Notes under the pieces: generated by a model
The model's database searches: none
What the model saw: the letters and a program-made list of their open reading frames with translations, nothing else
What the model was told of the DNA's origin: nothing
In this document: in pieces, positions 1-13,139 of the stretch
How the letters are laid out: each line of letters starts with the position of its first letter
How positions within the stretch are numbered: position 1 is the stretch's first letter
Made by a program: the position numbers and the translations under genes
Source of the DNA: Camelus dromedarius
Lineage: Eukaryota
Reading direction: 5' to 3'
DNA: 64,000 nt
Assembly: GCF_036321535.1 (NCBI RefSeq)
Contig: NC_087437.1
Span: 76,448,001-76,512,000 of the forward strand

Positions 1-129
1 GGATTAATAAGTTAATGGATATAAAGCCTGTAGATGGCAAGTTTCTGGCACATAGTTCGAGATCAGAAAATGGTAACTATTTTCCTCCTTAGAATTCAGA
101 TAATTGAAAATTATTTAATTTTTATTTTT

Positions 130-3100
130 TAATTAACATATGGTAAAACTCATTTTTTGGGTCTCTAGTTCTATGAGTTTTAACCATCATCACAGTTGAG
201 ATGTGGAACCGTCTGTTACCCCAAAAAGCTCCTCATGCTGTCCCTTTGAGGTCACACCCTCCCCTGAGCCCTAACCCATGGCAGCCACTGATCCAATTTC
301 CGTTACTGTAATTTTTCCTTTTCTGGAATGTCATATAAATGGAATCATACCATGTAACCTTTTTGAGACTGTCTTCTTCATCCAGGAGGATGCATTTGGG
401 ACTTATACAAGTTTTCTTGTGTGTCAATATTGTTCCTTTTATTTCTGAATAATACTCCATTGTATGGATGTATCACAGTTTGTTTATCCATTCACCCATT
501 TAAAGACATTTGTGTTGGTTCCAGTTTTATATGTTTTTGAATGGAGCTTCTGTGTGAACATATGTTGTTTGAAATATGTTTTTGTTTCCCCTGAGTAAAT
601 ACCTAGGAATAGGATTTTTAGGTCATATGGCAAATGTGTTTATAAGAAACTATTAAGTTGTTTTCCAGAGTGGCTGTATCATTTTGCATTCCGTGAATGT
701 ATGAAAGTTCCAGTTTCTCTGCATCCTCACCAACACTTGGTATTATCATATTTTTTAAAAAAAATTTAGCTTTTCTTATAGGTATAAGATGGTATCTCAT
801 TTTTAAAAATAATAACATTGAGCATATCTTCATATGCTTATTTGAAAACTATGTATTTTCTTTCATGCAATGTCTGTACGAATATTTTTTCTGTTTTAAA
901 ATTGGGTTGTTTCCTTATTGGTGAGTTTTTGAGAGTTCTTTGAATATTTTTGTATATTTTGGATAGAAATCTTTTGTCAGATATATGACTTGCAAATATT
1001 TTCTCTCAGTTTGTGACTGGTCTTTTCCTTCTCTTAACGGTCTTTTGCAAGATAAAAGTTTTAAAGTTTGATGAAGTCCAATTTATCATTTTTTCCTTTT
1101 ATGAATTGTCATGTCTAAGAATTCTTTGCTAACCTCATATCATGAAAATTTTCTCCTATTTTTTTAAAAAAGTTTTACAGTTCTATGTATATTTAGATCT
1201 AGGATTCATTTTGAGTTAATTTTACATATGATGTGAGGGGTTTTTTGTTGTTGCTGTTTGTTTTGTAAAATATCATAGGCCATATATGTGTGGGTCTGTA
1301 TCTGGATTCTTTATTTTATTCCATTGATCTTTGTGTATATCTCTTAGCCAATAGCAAACTGCCTTGATTATTAAAGATTACAATATATTGATATATTACA
1401 GGTTATATTGTAGGCATAATATTATTATAATTTTAATTTTAAAATTACTTCCAATTTTATTCTAATATCTCAAAATTGTTTTGACTATTCTCGTTTCTTT
1501 TATTTTTTGTCTTTCCATATGAATTTTAGAATCCTCTTATATATATTTATAAAATCATGTTATTTTGATTGGAATTACATTAAATCTATAGATCAATCTG
1601 TGGAGAATTGACACCTTTATTATGTTAAATCTTTAATCTACAAACACAGCATATCTCTCCATTTATTTTGGGCTGTATTGACTTTTTCATCAGTATTATA
1701 TAATTTTCAGCATACAGTGCTTACAAATATTTTGTTAGATTGATACCTAAGCAGTTCATTATTCTGGGGCTATTGTGTTTTAAAAGATTGTCTTTAGTTT
1801 CCAATTGTTCATTTTTAGCATCTAGAAATAAGACTGATTTTTGTGTGTCCTGAGACCTTTCAAAACTCATTTACTAGTTCTTGGAGTTTGGGGTGGGGTT
1901 TTTTTTGGGGGGTAAAGTACTTTGGATTTTCTACAAAGACAATTTTGCCTCTTGCAAATAGGAACAATTTTATTTCCCCTTTTCAAATCTTCTTCCTGTT
2001 GAATAGGAGTGGTGAAAGAAGATATTTTTGTTTTGGTCATCATTTAAGGGGGGGATTATTCAGCTTTTCATTTAAGAAAATGTGAAAGGTTTTATTTTTT
2101 GTTTTGTTTGTAGGTGTTCTTTAACAAGTTATCTTCTTTTACTAGTTTGCTGAGTTTTTCTTTTTTCAATCATGAAGTGATGAATTCCATCAAAAAATTT
2201 TGTGATATCTATTGATTTCTCTTTTTTAGATGGTTAATATGGTAGATATAGTGATTGGTCATGATGGTCATTATTTTATATGTTACTGCATAGTATTTGC
2301 TGATATTTATAGAGGATTTTTGTGTCAATGTTCAGGAGTGATACTTTTATCACTGTTTTCTTTTATTTCCTTGTCCTCTTTGTCTGGTTTTGGTATCAGA
2401 CAGAAGAATGCCTGCTTCATGAACAGATTTAAGAAGTGTTCCCTGCTCTTTTATTTTCAGGAAAAGACTGTAGAACTGATGTTTTTTCTTCTTTAAATAT
2501 ACCAGTGAAATCATCTGAGCCAGGAGGTTTTTGAGGAAAGATTTTTTTCCTCAATCAATTAAAAATTTTAAATAACTATAAGACTCTTCAGAATACTGAT
2601 TTCATCTTGGGTGAGTGTTGGTAGTTAATGGTTTTTGGAGTGTTGGTCCATTTTATAAAGTTACTAGGCTGATATGCAATTAATTGTCCATAGTATTCCC
2701 ATATTTTCCTTTTAATACCTGTAGAGTCCTTAATGATATCCTCTGTTTCACTCATGATACTAATAATTTGTCTTCTTTTCCTTTTTCAGTTTTTCTAGGA
2801 CTTTTGTCAACTTTATTAACCTTCCTAAGATTAATAAAACCCAATTTTTTCTTCTCTATTGTTTTTTGTTTCCTTTTCAGTTTCTGCTCTTATCTTTGTC
2901 ATTGTCATTTCCTTCTTATGCTTGCTTTTGAGTTTAGTCCCCCCTCGCCCAGTTTCTTAATGTAAAATTTTGGATTACTCATTTGAGACCTTTCTTTTTT
3001 TCTAACGTAAGCATTTAATGCTATAAATTTATCTCAATGGATGGCATTAGAGGCATCCCTCAAATTTTAATATGCTGGACTTTAATTTGTTTCAGTACAA

Positions 3101-4740
3101 TATTTTAAAAAATTTTTTCTTGAGATTTATTCTTTGATCTGTGGCTTACTAATTAGTGTGTTGTTTAATATCCAAGTGTTTGGAAATTTTTATCCAAACT
3201 TTATGTTTGTGTTATCAATTTCTAGTTCAGTCTATTATGGAGAACATATTTTATATGATTTCAATTTTTTAAAATTTATTAATTTTTGTTTTGTAACCCA
3301 GGATGTAGTCTGTATTGGTGATTGTTCCATGTGCACTTGAAAAGAATGTGTACTTGGCTATTATTGAGTGTTCTGTAAATATGTACTGAATCCACTTAGT
3401 TGATGGTCCTGTTCAGTTCTTTTATATCCTTTCTGATTTTTGTTGGCTTGTTCTATCAAATACTGAGGGAAGTTGAGACTGTCAAATATTTCTTTTTCCA
3501 CTTAGTTAAGTTTTTCTTCATGTGTTTTGCAGCTTTATTATTCATTTAGGATTATTTTGTCTTCTTGGTGGATTGATCCTTTAATTACTATGTAATATTC
3601 GTTTTTATCATTTAGCTTTCTTTTGATTAATATTTGCATGGTGTATCTTTTTCCATAATTTTATCTTTAATCTACCTAATTTTTCTTTTTAAGTCCTTTT
3701 TGATAATCTGTCTTTTGTTTTTAAATTATTTACCTTTAATATAATTACTGATTTATTTGGATTTAAGTCTATCATTTTGTTATTTGTTTGCCGTTTTTCC
3801 CTTCATTTTTTGCCTTTCTGTTTCCCCATTACAACCTTCCTTTGGATTATATGAACTTTTTTTAGTATTTCACTTTAATTTACTTATTATATGTTTGTCA
3901 ATCTCTCTCCTCCCTCCCCAGTTTATGTGGTGCTCAAGAGTTATAACATACTTAACTTTTCACAGCTTATATAAAATCAGTATTTTACCACTTCAGTTAA
4001 AATGTAGAAAACTAACCACTGTATAGCTTTTTCTCTTCTTCCCCATTTATGTTGTAGCTACCCTATATACTACTTTAATGTACATTGAAAAATTATCAGT
4101 GTAATGATTTTTGACTTCATATATCAAATGTATTTTAAAGAGTTCAAGAGAAGTTGTATTTACCCAAGTACCTACATTTCAGTGGATTTCCCTTTAATCA
4201 TGTTAGTACAAGTTTTCCTGTGGTATCATTTCCCTTTTGTCTGAAAAGCTTCCTTTAGCAGTTGTTTTAGAGCAAGTTTTCAAGCAACAAATTGCCTTCA
4301 TTTGAGAAAGCATTTATTTTACCTTAATTCCTGAAGGAAATTTTTGCACTTGAAAATATCTAGCCAATTCCTTCTGGCCTCCATGATTTCAGATGAGAAA
4401 CAACATTTGAGATGTTGCCCTATAGTTAATGTTTGGCCTTTTGTTCTACTTAAAAATTTTTTCTTTGTCTTTGATTTTCATAAGTTCGCTTATAGTATGT
4501 CTTGGCATGAACTACTTTGTGTTTATCCTGTTTGGGGTTTAACTGAACTTTTAAAATCTATAAATTCTTGATTTTCACCAAAAGTAGGACATTTCAGGCA
4601 TTATTTCTTTAGATTTTTTATGCACCACTCTTTTTTTTTTTTTTTTTGTCTTTCCTGCTGGAATTCCAATTACACAGATGTTAGAGCTTTTGGTACAATC
4701 TCACAGATCCTCTTTCCTGTCATCTCTATTCTACTATTAA
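130..4740 (-). mobile_element. Old LINE-1 (L1M-type) fragment: 3' UTR plus decayed ORF2, antisense
   Basis: T-rich + strand with antisense L1 hallmarks such as 'cagtttgtttatccattcaccc', 'tttgatgaagtccaatttatc' and 'tctatagatcaatctgtggagaattgaca'. The F/L/I-rich ORFs here are antisense read-through. Confidence 0.9.
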
Positions 4741-4959
4741 GCCTATTAGAACTTTTTTTTTTTAAGACATGTAAAGTTTGAAAAATATTATGCTGTTGAA
4801 AAGTTCATGGAAAATCCTCTGTATCCTGCAGAGTTTAGTATTTGCTGCAGATTTTTATTTGTAACAAAGTATTATTAGTAGTAGTTGCATTAATATAAGC
4901 TGCCAGTCAGATCATTGGGACATAGGATAAATTATTTGTTTCATGTTAAGAATATATTT

Positions 4960-5600
4960 GTGTGTGTTGTGGTTTTTAAACATGTCCACAAACTTTTAAA
5001 ACACTTTTCATCAAAAGATCATTTTAACTACCCTCCCCTTGAATAGCTTTCAGTTTGTACTAGTGACTTGCATTTAACAGAGAGAATGAATTGAAAAGTG
5101 ATTCTGTGTCAATACCAAGGTCAAGCTAGAAAAGGCAATACAGCTTTCTTATAACTCTCTTTCTTGAAAAACTTACCCTTGGAAATCAGCCACCATATGG
5201 TGAGGGCATGGGCAGAGAACACATGTAGGTATTTTAACTGATATCTGCAGCCAAGTTTCCAGGAGAACTCCAGCATCAACCACCAGATATCAGAGTGAGC
5301 ACGCCTTCAGATGATTCCAGTCACCAACCTTCCATCTACCTCAGCCAAAGCTGAGTGGAGTATAGATGAACAGTCCCAGCTCAGCCCTGCTCAAATCGTT
5401 GGTTTTAAGCAAAATACACATTGCTGTTAGAAGCTTCTATATTTGGGGTTATTTGCTATCTAGCGATAGATAAAATGGAATAGATTTTGATACTTGTTAC
5501 CTAGAAATGCTACTGGGGGTGCTGCTATAACAAGAAACATAAAACATGTAGGGATTGCTTTGGAACCTCAAGCAGAGTGCTAATGAAAGCCTAACACCTT
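4960..5600 (+). mobile_element. MaLR MLT1-type LTR followed by a short stub of internal sequence
   Basis: MLT1-like body ('gccttcagatgattccagtcacc') and 3' end ('tttggggttatttgctatctagcgatagataa'). Then MLT1-int-like 'gggggtgctgctataacaagaaacataaaacatgtagggattgctttggaac'. Confidence 0.75.
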
Positions 5601-5714
5601 GAAGAAACTGTTGATAGAAAACAGTCTTTCTTCAAGTCTTCTGAGGCAGTTAGCAAAATCCATCTACCAACGGTTTCCATTTTTTAAAATTTAAAATTTA
5701 ATTTTTTTTTACTG

Positions 5715-5839
5715 TTTTATTTTTTTGGCAGGGAGGAATTTGATTGATTGATAGATTAATGTAGGTATCGAGGATTGAACCTAGGACCTTGTGAATGCTA
5801 AGTACATACTCTACCACTGAGCTTATACCCTCCCTCCCC
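5715..5839 (-). mobile_element. tRNA-derived SINE (camelid Vic-1-like)
   Basis: Reverse complement gives a tRNA-like head 'gggtataagctcagtggtagagtatgtacttagcattcacaaggtcctaggttcaatcc' with A and B boxes and an A-rich tail. Two similar copies occur in the window. Confidence 0.85.
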
Positions 5840-6084
5840 ATTCTTTTAATTACATCTGCCCCCATACTGCTCAAGTGTTAGAGATACTGCATATGCCCAC
5901 CTTTTGCCTTTACCTAGACCTCATTCTTATACACTGCAGCTGAGAACCTTAGTTATTGTGACTCACAGCATGCTAGGAGTTAACTTTCCCCACTCAGTGG
6001 TTGCTATCTGCCAGTTGGGCAATTCAGTTTCAAAATCTTATCCTAAGTGGTTGTTTTCTGGAGTCTTCCTGTTCCAACTCTTAA

Positions 6085-6580
6085 ATTGTGTTTTCATGAA
6101 AGCAGAGTCTGACTCAATGACTCAGTGCAGGTGGTTTATATGGGACATAATCCCAGGAAACAAGTGAGAGAGTGGAGAGAATGAAACAGGAAAGGGAAAA
6201 AAGTCAACAAGTGGTATATTACTGTGCAGGTTATTGTTGAGAACAACTGCGACTCAGTCCCACTTGTGAACTCTGAAGAACCTTGTAGAATATGCCTCCG
6301 AATTGTCTTGCTAAAGAACTGGATGCTAGTATATTTACATAAAAACTCCTGTTCAACATTGTTTAAGGGTTGTCCCCATGATTACTAACATTTCTGCACT
6401 TTTATGTGTTCTGAGCATCTATGGAGTTACTTCCAAGACCTCAGAGAAAGTCCTGAGGCAAAAAAGCAGAGAGATGTCATATTTAAGGAGAGACACTGAC
6501 AACATACATGAAACTGTTTACCTCAGATGCACTGGATTTAGATGGACTGAGTGGATGTCACAAATGTCCACTACACCTAC
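6085..6580 (-). mobile_element. ERVL-class solo LTR (LTR16/LTR33-like)
   Basis: 'gcagagtctgactcaatgactcagtgcaggtggtttatatgggacataatcccagg' resembles the antisense 3' end of old ERVL LTRs. Confidence 0.55.
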
Positions 6581-6689
6581 ATTTATATTTGAGGAGTATG
6601 CACAATTTCAGATAGGCGTTAGGATGGAATTCATTTTCCTTGAAGCTAAAAGACCTTTTGGCAAAACTCCTGGTCTAGAAGCCCAGTAA

Positions 6690-6987
6690 TTCTGTACATA
6701 TCCTCTTTCTAGGCACACAGGAAGCCAAGCTCTCTAGCCTCCTTTGCAATTAGGTTGATCATGTGACTGAGTTTGAGACAATAGCTAGAGAACAGAAGTA
6801 AAAGATACTGTTTCCAGGTCTGTCCCCTAAAATGTTGCCATTGTTTGCTCATCAGCCAAGAGAGAATTCAGTGGGAAGATGATGGAGTTATACAGTGGAA
6901 GGAATTTGAATCCTTGAATTATCACTTGAAAGAGAGCAGCCCATGCTAGTCCCCCAACTCCCATCAGTAACTTGAGTGAGAAATAAG

Positions 6988-7032
<45 letters not shown>

Positions 7033-7101
7033 TGTGTGAATCCATGGATATTCTGAGGGGTTTTTTTTTAGCAGTTGGTTTTAATTGCTTTGGCTAATAC
7101 A
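6690..7101 (+). mobile_element. MaLR LTR (MLT1J/I-like)
   Basis: 'ctctctagcctcctttgcaattaggttgatcatgtgactgagtt' core; ends 'ggctaataca'. Confidence 0.7.
6990..7038. repeat. (GT)n microsatellite
   Basis: Directly visible; explains the HTHTHT ORF. Confidence 0.98.
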
Positions 7102-10100
7102 GTCAAAGTATCTTACAAAGCAATACTGGTATTTTACATAAGACTGGCAGTTTCTTGATTCTCACTACACTTTGGTCATTGAAGAAAGTATTAATTACCA
7201 CTTCTTTATCTCGTAGGCAGGCATGTGATGATAATTGACAGAATCATGTTTGTGGCTTGCTTTTACCTTTAACCTCTTAGGGACTACGCAAGAGCTAAGC
7301 TCCAAGCAATAGTATCATTATTTTTAGATAATTAATTGCCTTCCTCTGAGTTAGGGAGAATTGCCCATTGCTGTCTTTGCACTTGCTGAACACAATTTGG
7401 GAGAAATCCTCTGTCAAAATCCCAAGGTAATAAACAAGAGAAAGAACCAGCATGAAATACTGTCTGCTTTCTCCCTTATCAAGAGTGCCAAAGAAAATAC
7501 CCGGGCTATAATAAATATGAATCAATGAAAGACAAACAGATAATCACTTGGATTTTAGATGAGTGATGAGAAGCTTCCCTAGTGTTTAATAGTACGTCTT
7601 ATCATCTTCAGACAAGCATAAGGGTAATATGTCTGGTGTCAGAGATGGACTGTGGCAAAGAAGTAAGAATACTCCCTCTTGTGGTTCTTGAGGAAAATAA
7701 TCCCTCCTGTGAGAATGTGCTGAGAAAACAGACATTCTGGATTCAGAGACGATTTCAGTGGATAGTTAGAGTTTATACTTTTCTCTCTGACCTGGTTCTG
7801 TGAAGCTGAGTAACCATTTTAAGCTGTGGATCTTGAGGGTGTTTATGAGCATGGACAGCTATCCTTGGGGAGAAACTGAGAATATGCCTTGAGGAAAGGC
7901 CTCTTCGTTCTGAACTGGAAAAAGACTGCTTCCACTTGAATTTTTTTTTTTTTCCCTGAAGGGTTAAGAAGTAATAATTGTCACCCAATTCTTTCTTTGA
8001 CTTGCGACTGGTTCCCCAGTGCGGCCTTATACTAGCTCTTGGGGAAGCTTTGACTTAAGAGGAGTAAATTTGTGTTAGGACACTATCTCCTCTAAAACAC
8101 ATCACTCGTTATTTTGTGGGGCGGGTGTAAATGTATTTCTCAGCTATGTTTTTTCTCCCTATCTATTTGGAATCTTATTTAGCAGCTTTATTTTTCTCAG
8201 GGGATGATTGGCTGCAAAAGGCTGAATACAGTAAATTTACTCATTTCTTAAGAAGTAGAATAGGATTGTCAGCAGTGGTTTGATGTAAAATTATCATTTG
8301 TTTTCTCATACAAATGCCTCCTGCTTTTTAATTCTAATGTTTCACCATTAGAAACATGATATCCTCCATTTCTGAGGAGGGTTGACATCTGTGTAGGAAA
8401 TCAATATCTCTTGATCTCTCTCTCTGTTTCTTTAGTTAGGTTGTACATACTATTCTGGTTTGCCTTGAAAAGTCCTGGTTTACACTGTTGTCTGTGTGTC
8501 CCATTTAGCTTAGGATTTGTTCCTTTTCCTTTTGTTTTCAGTTAAAATTTTAACAATTTCAATTTCATTAGTCATAAAATGCAGCTTTAAGAATACTGGA
8601 GACAATTTTAAATTTGAAAAGAGTTTAAGATTACATTGAAAAAATACATTCTTTAGGAAAATACTGTGACATGATATTAGAAGCTAAAAACCTTAAGTGT
8701 ATGAATTGTGAAGGGAAAAGAAACTGCCTTGGACTGTATGAAACACATCACTTCTACTTATGTTCTGTTAGAGAGACAGGTCACATGGGCCATCAAGATG
8801 CATGGCTGCTGGGAAGTGGAGTTTAGCTGTTGGCCCAGAAATAAGAAATGGGTTTGAAAAACATACACTCAGTCTCTGTCATATTATGTTAGAACAAATG
8901 AAGGAAGAGAGGACATGGAAGATATATGCAGTATAAAATCAAGAAAGGTGTTATTTACACCTTGTAGACAGAGAAACTGAAGCTCAGAAGAACTAAGAGA
9001 ATTGCTTATGGCCACACAGCCAAACGAAGGCAGAATAAAGCACCAAACTTAAGTCTACTCGACGTAAGTCCCAATATTTATCAGCACATTCCAAAGACCT
9101 CTTTGTAGTTTCCAGAAATCATACTTTATACTATCACTTATGTCTTTATCTATGGTTAACAGAAGCTAAGATTTAAGTGATTTAGTTTATTATTTCTAAT
9201 TTTACCTGAGTTACGATACTTGTATACTTTTTTGGAAGCTATGACTAAGTATAAATATTGAAATAATTTGTATATACTTGTCTATCAGTAATTTAGATTT
9301 GATTTGAACTTTCTAGTTGTGAAAGTGCATTTATTACCTTAATTATAAACAGACAGAAAATAGCCTTTCCTTTTGCCTATGTATCCATCATTTTGTTTTT
9401 TTCTTATTTGAGTCCTTGGAGTTAGAAACAAAATCTCAGGAGATTTTATCTTTTTTTATTTCTGGATTGAGTGTCAACACATAAACTGGTTCTTGCTCAG
9501 AGCTTTTTATTAATTTTGGGGGTGAGTATATTATAAACCCAGGAGGTGTCTCTCTTTATATGCATCATTCTCTTACATATATAATCTTCAGACTCGTAAA
9601 AGGAAAATTAAATTCTGAAATTAAATTCTCTGTTACTTTTGTTGGTTCATTTTATCAACTGTCTGTTGACTGGTTGGTGTAACGGAACAAATCCCTAAAA
9701 ACGTATAACAAATTGACCAATCCACTTTGCTATTTTCCCATATTTTTTCAGAAGTCAAGACACCAGAAAGATTTTTTTTTGTTACCAAACAGACAATAAG
9801 CAGAATTATGTGAATCTTAGATGTTGAAAAAAATCACAGACATTATATATGACTTGGGAACTTATTGCTTTTTGGAGTTACTTTCCATCAAAGATAAAGT
9901 TACCTGACACCTGTTAATAAGCAAAGTTGAAAAAAATTAAAAGATTGGTTGGCGTCCTTTAACTTCCCCCCCTTATATTTTTGTCTGCCTCCTTCGCAGT
10001 TCAGTCAGAGTTCACATTTAGGCTGTGTCTAGAGCAAACTGGATGGAAAAAAGTGAAAGGAGAGGACACTACCATTTCTTCCCATAATGCTAACTCTAGT

Positions 10101-10379
10101 CTTGCTTTGATTCCGCTGTTCTCTGTCCTTGCTTAGAGTACTTGATTTGGTACCTGCAGACCTTCCTGCAGAAACAGCACTGATGATCTTTCTACTTGTC
10201 CTGTCTGGAAATGTGTTTGGTTCATTGTTGCTTTGCCCTTACCCTTTCGGAGCACAAAGACTCTGAGCCTTGCTCAGAAGGAAGCATGTAAGCTAGCGTA
10301 GCATAAATCCCTGTTTGTCTCAGATGGCAAGTCATACATTTGTCTGCTCATTGAGAAACAGTCTCTCTCTCTTCCACAG

Positions 10380-10515
10380 AGAACAGCAGCTCAGCGTGCT
10401 CAGTGTCCTGACTGACGCTAAGCTCGAGATCCCCTATCAATAGTATGTAGATGTAAGAGAACAAGCTGCAGATTCAGCTGGAATTCAGACATGTCTGGAC
10501 ATGCCTGGTGTACTG
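10380..10515 (+). other. Candidate 136-nt exon, non-coding or UTR
   Basis: Acceptor 'tctctctctcttccacag|' and donor 'ctg|gtaagg'. Stops occur in all three frames. Confidence 0.3.
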
Positions 10516-10859
10516 GTAAGGCCATCTCCCCCAGCGACTTGTTTTTCTGATGGACCAAGGAGATTTCTGAGAAAATATGTGTCCTCAAAGGGGAGAGTTT
10601 GACCCTGTAACAAAGCCTTAGTTGTCTGGGTGGATGGGTAATTCTGAATACAGCATCAACATTTTCACTTTCATTTGGCTAGGAGGCAAGACCCTACTGG
10701 ATTGAGGTTTAAATCCTGTGGAAAGCAATGAGTCTGCTCTTAAACCCTAAAAGATTTGATTTTCTAAAAACTCTCAAGTATAGATGCACAAACAGTGCTT
10801 TGTTGGGGCTCTCTAAAGAGATGCAGAGGTGAGAGAAACTCTTCTCCACTTGGTAAGTG

Positions 10860-11441
10860 TGGTAACAGGATTCTAAAGATGCTTTACCCCAACCCCACAA
10901 GACTTCTGACTCATGATTACTCATTCAGTTATCTAGGTGCATCTTTAAAGGGATTTTGCAGATGTAATTTAAGTCCCGAGTTAGCTGACCTTAAAGTATA
11001 GAGATTACCCAGCTGGGCCAGATCCTATCAGGTAGAATTTTTCTGTAGGTAAGTGCACAAAAGGAAGTCAGAGATTCAAAGCACAAGGGGGGTTTGATGC
11101 ACTGTTGCTGGATTGAAGATGAAGGGGGCCTTGTGCCAAGGAATGCAGGTGGCCTTAAGGAATGTAAGAGTGGCCCCTTTCTGACAGCTGGCAAAGAAGC
11201 AAGGACCCCATACTTGGCTAACAATCTGAATGAGTTTGGAAGCAGATTCTTTCCTAAGGCCTCGAGATAAAAGCCTAGCCTCAGGGACATCTTGACTTCA
11301 GCCTTGTGAGGCACTCAGCAGAAGACCCGGTTGAGCTATGCCAGACTTCTGACCTATAGAAGTGTGATAGAATTTATTTGTATTGTTTTAAGTCATGACA
11401 TTTGCAGTGATTTGTTATGCAGCAAGAGAAAACTAATGCAG
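10860..11441 (+). mobile_element. MaLR LTR (MLT1D/E-like)
   Basis: 'gggattttgcagatgtaatt', 'gccaaggaatgcaggtggcc' and 3' end 'gatttgttatgcagcaagagaaaactaatgca'. Confidence 0.85.
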
Positions 11442-11859
11442 TAATAGAATATGATGAATCTTTGTATCTTGTGGGACTCAGTCTTCAGCTGTGGTGAGAG
11501 ATCCCGTGTCTCACAAACCTAGTGGTATCCAATGGATCCCGATGGTAAATGGTGGAGCATGGTGAGAGCTTGTGAAACATACCCTAGGATCTCCCAGAAA
11601 TTCTCCTGGGTAGGGGAAGCAATCAGTGAAAACTGGGTGGTTATATTTAATATGGGCCACCAGAACCTGTAGGCTGATGAAGTTCAGAGAAATTGACTGC
11701 ACACATCTCCATATAGTCCAGGTTAGTTCAGTCTTATAGCATATACTTTGTTTCCCAAAAGGGACACCATTTTTGTTTCTTTTGTTCTTTGTTTTTTTCT
11801 GCTTTACTTCCCCCGACTCCTAAATTCCCTTGCTTTTTTCTTGGCTCTGATCTCTTTTC

Positions 11860-12009
11860 TTGTTTTCTCTCTTTTCTTTTCTTTTTTTGTTACTGTTTCT
11901 TTTAGGGGATGGTGGTTAGGATCATTTATTCATTGGAGGTGCTGGTGATTGAACCCAGGACCTCATGCATGCTAAGCACACAGTCTACCACTGAGCTATA
12001 CCCGCCCCA
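11860..12009 (-). mobile_element. tRNA-derived SINE (Vic-1-like) with TSD
   Basis: 'gattgaacccaggacctcatgcatgctaagcacacagtctaccactgagctatacc'. Flanked by tctgatctcttttc (11846-11859) and tctgatcttttttc (12010-12023), 13/14 identical. Confidence 0.9.
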
Positions 12010-12342
12010 TCTGATCTTTTTTCGTAGATGCCAAAAAATGGATTTAGTAAGTATGTCTTAAAATAATGGAAACAATAGAAATGAATATCTCTATTTCTTT
12101 ATTATTAAATCTTTGCTACTGAGATAGAGTAGCAACTTATTCTTGAGAAGTAGGTCATTTTTTTCAGTATACTTAGGTGCCTTTATCACAAACTTCCTAT
12201 TGAAAAAAAACAGTGAGCAAATGTTTTGTGTGGAGTCCTTAACAAAGGAGACTTGACCAAGTATGGGAGAGTATAGACTTTTCATTTTCAAAGCCAAGAC
12301 ATATATTATCACAGAGAAGACTGCAGTTTAATTACACTGCAA

Positions 12343-12988
12343 TTTATAGGAATAGTTTGGAAGACAAATCCTCCTCAAATCTCTTGTATTTCTGCATGTC
12401 TTGTGAGCAGATACACTGGCAGTTTCTGTTCTAGAATATCTTTTTAAGTATGTTTGTATGGCAAACAGTTTTGGAAGATAAAGATAGTGTCTCTCTCTGA
12501 GGCAAAGGGCAGATTTGTTTGTTGTCCAGGATAATAAAGATAGTGTCTCTTTCTGGAGCAAAGGTTGGGAAAATTTGCTGGCAATTTTCTTTTTAAAAAT
12601 TTGATGTTTCCTAAGCTCAGGGCATCTGGGCTGTGATACAAACTCTGTGTGTACCGGGTGACAAACTTGTCTTGGTTTGCCTGAGCTTTCTGATTGCAGC
12701 ATAAAGTTCTGAATACCAGGAACCACTCAGTTTGAGACATACCAGGGAGTTGGTCACTGGTCATTGAGCTGCATGCACCTGAGATGCTCCATTTCATCCC
12801 CATGGGATTTGGGAGGCAGGGAACCAATGTAAACTTGAAGCTCATGCTGCCCTGTGCTGTGAGTAATACAATCCTTTGGCTCTGACCCAGGAGTCTCATG
12901 TCTTCCACTAGCACCTTTAAAACTGTGGTAGCCTAACTTGTTAGGTAGCGAGCATAGTAAAATCTCAGGTCCTTCATAGTTCTTTACA
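12343..12988 (+). mobile_element. ERV solo LTR (MER77-like)
   Basis: Internal repeat 'ataaagatagtgtctct...gcaaagg' occurs twice; 3' end 'ctctgacccaggagtctcatgtcttc...ccttcatagttctttaca'. Confidence 0.65.
12654..12760. mobile_element. hAT MITE (MER81-like) nested in the LTR
   Basis: About 107 bp with terminal inverted repeats ccgggtgacaaact ... agttggtcactgg. Confidence 0.7.
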
Positions 12989-13139
12989 AATACAAGTCCA
13001 GTAATGGCTGGAATTGTAGCTGGAAAAAATGTCTATTTTAGATTGGAGAGGTGGAGTAAGCTCATAAGCTTCCTCTAATGTTTTTCCAAAGCTGTTTTAT
13101 GAAATGAGCAATTCAAAAGCAATTCAACTTATGAAAGTG

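Noticed and set aside
233..4571. Numerous 65-95 aa ORFs
   Set aside because: Chance or antisense frames in a decayed L1; many start at non-ATG codons.
5760..5839. tRNA gene calls for the SINE heads (also ~11.95 kb and ~21.6 kb)
   Set aside because: Diverged copies with A-rich tails and TSDs indicate SINEs.
12328..12914. Longest ORFs (132 and 156 aa)
   Set aside because: They span an LTR and a nested MITE, and resemble no protein family I recognise.
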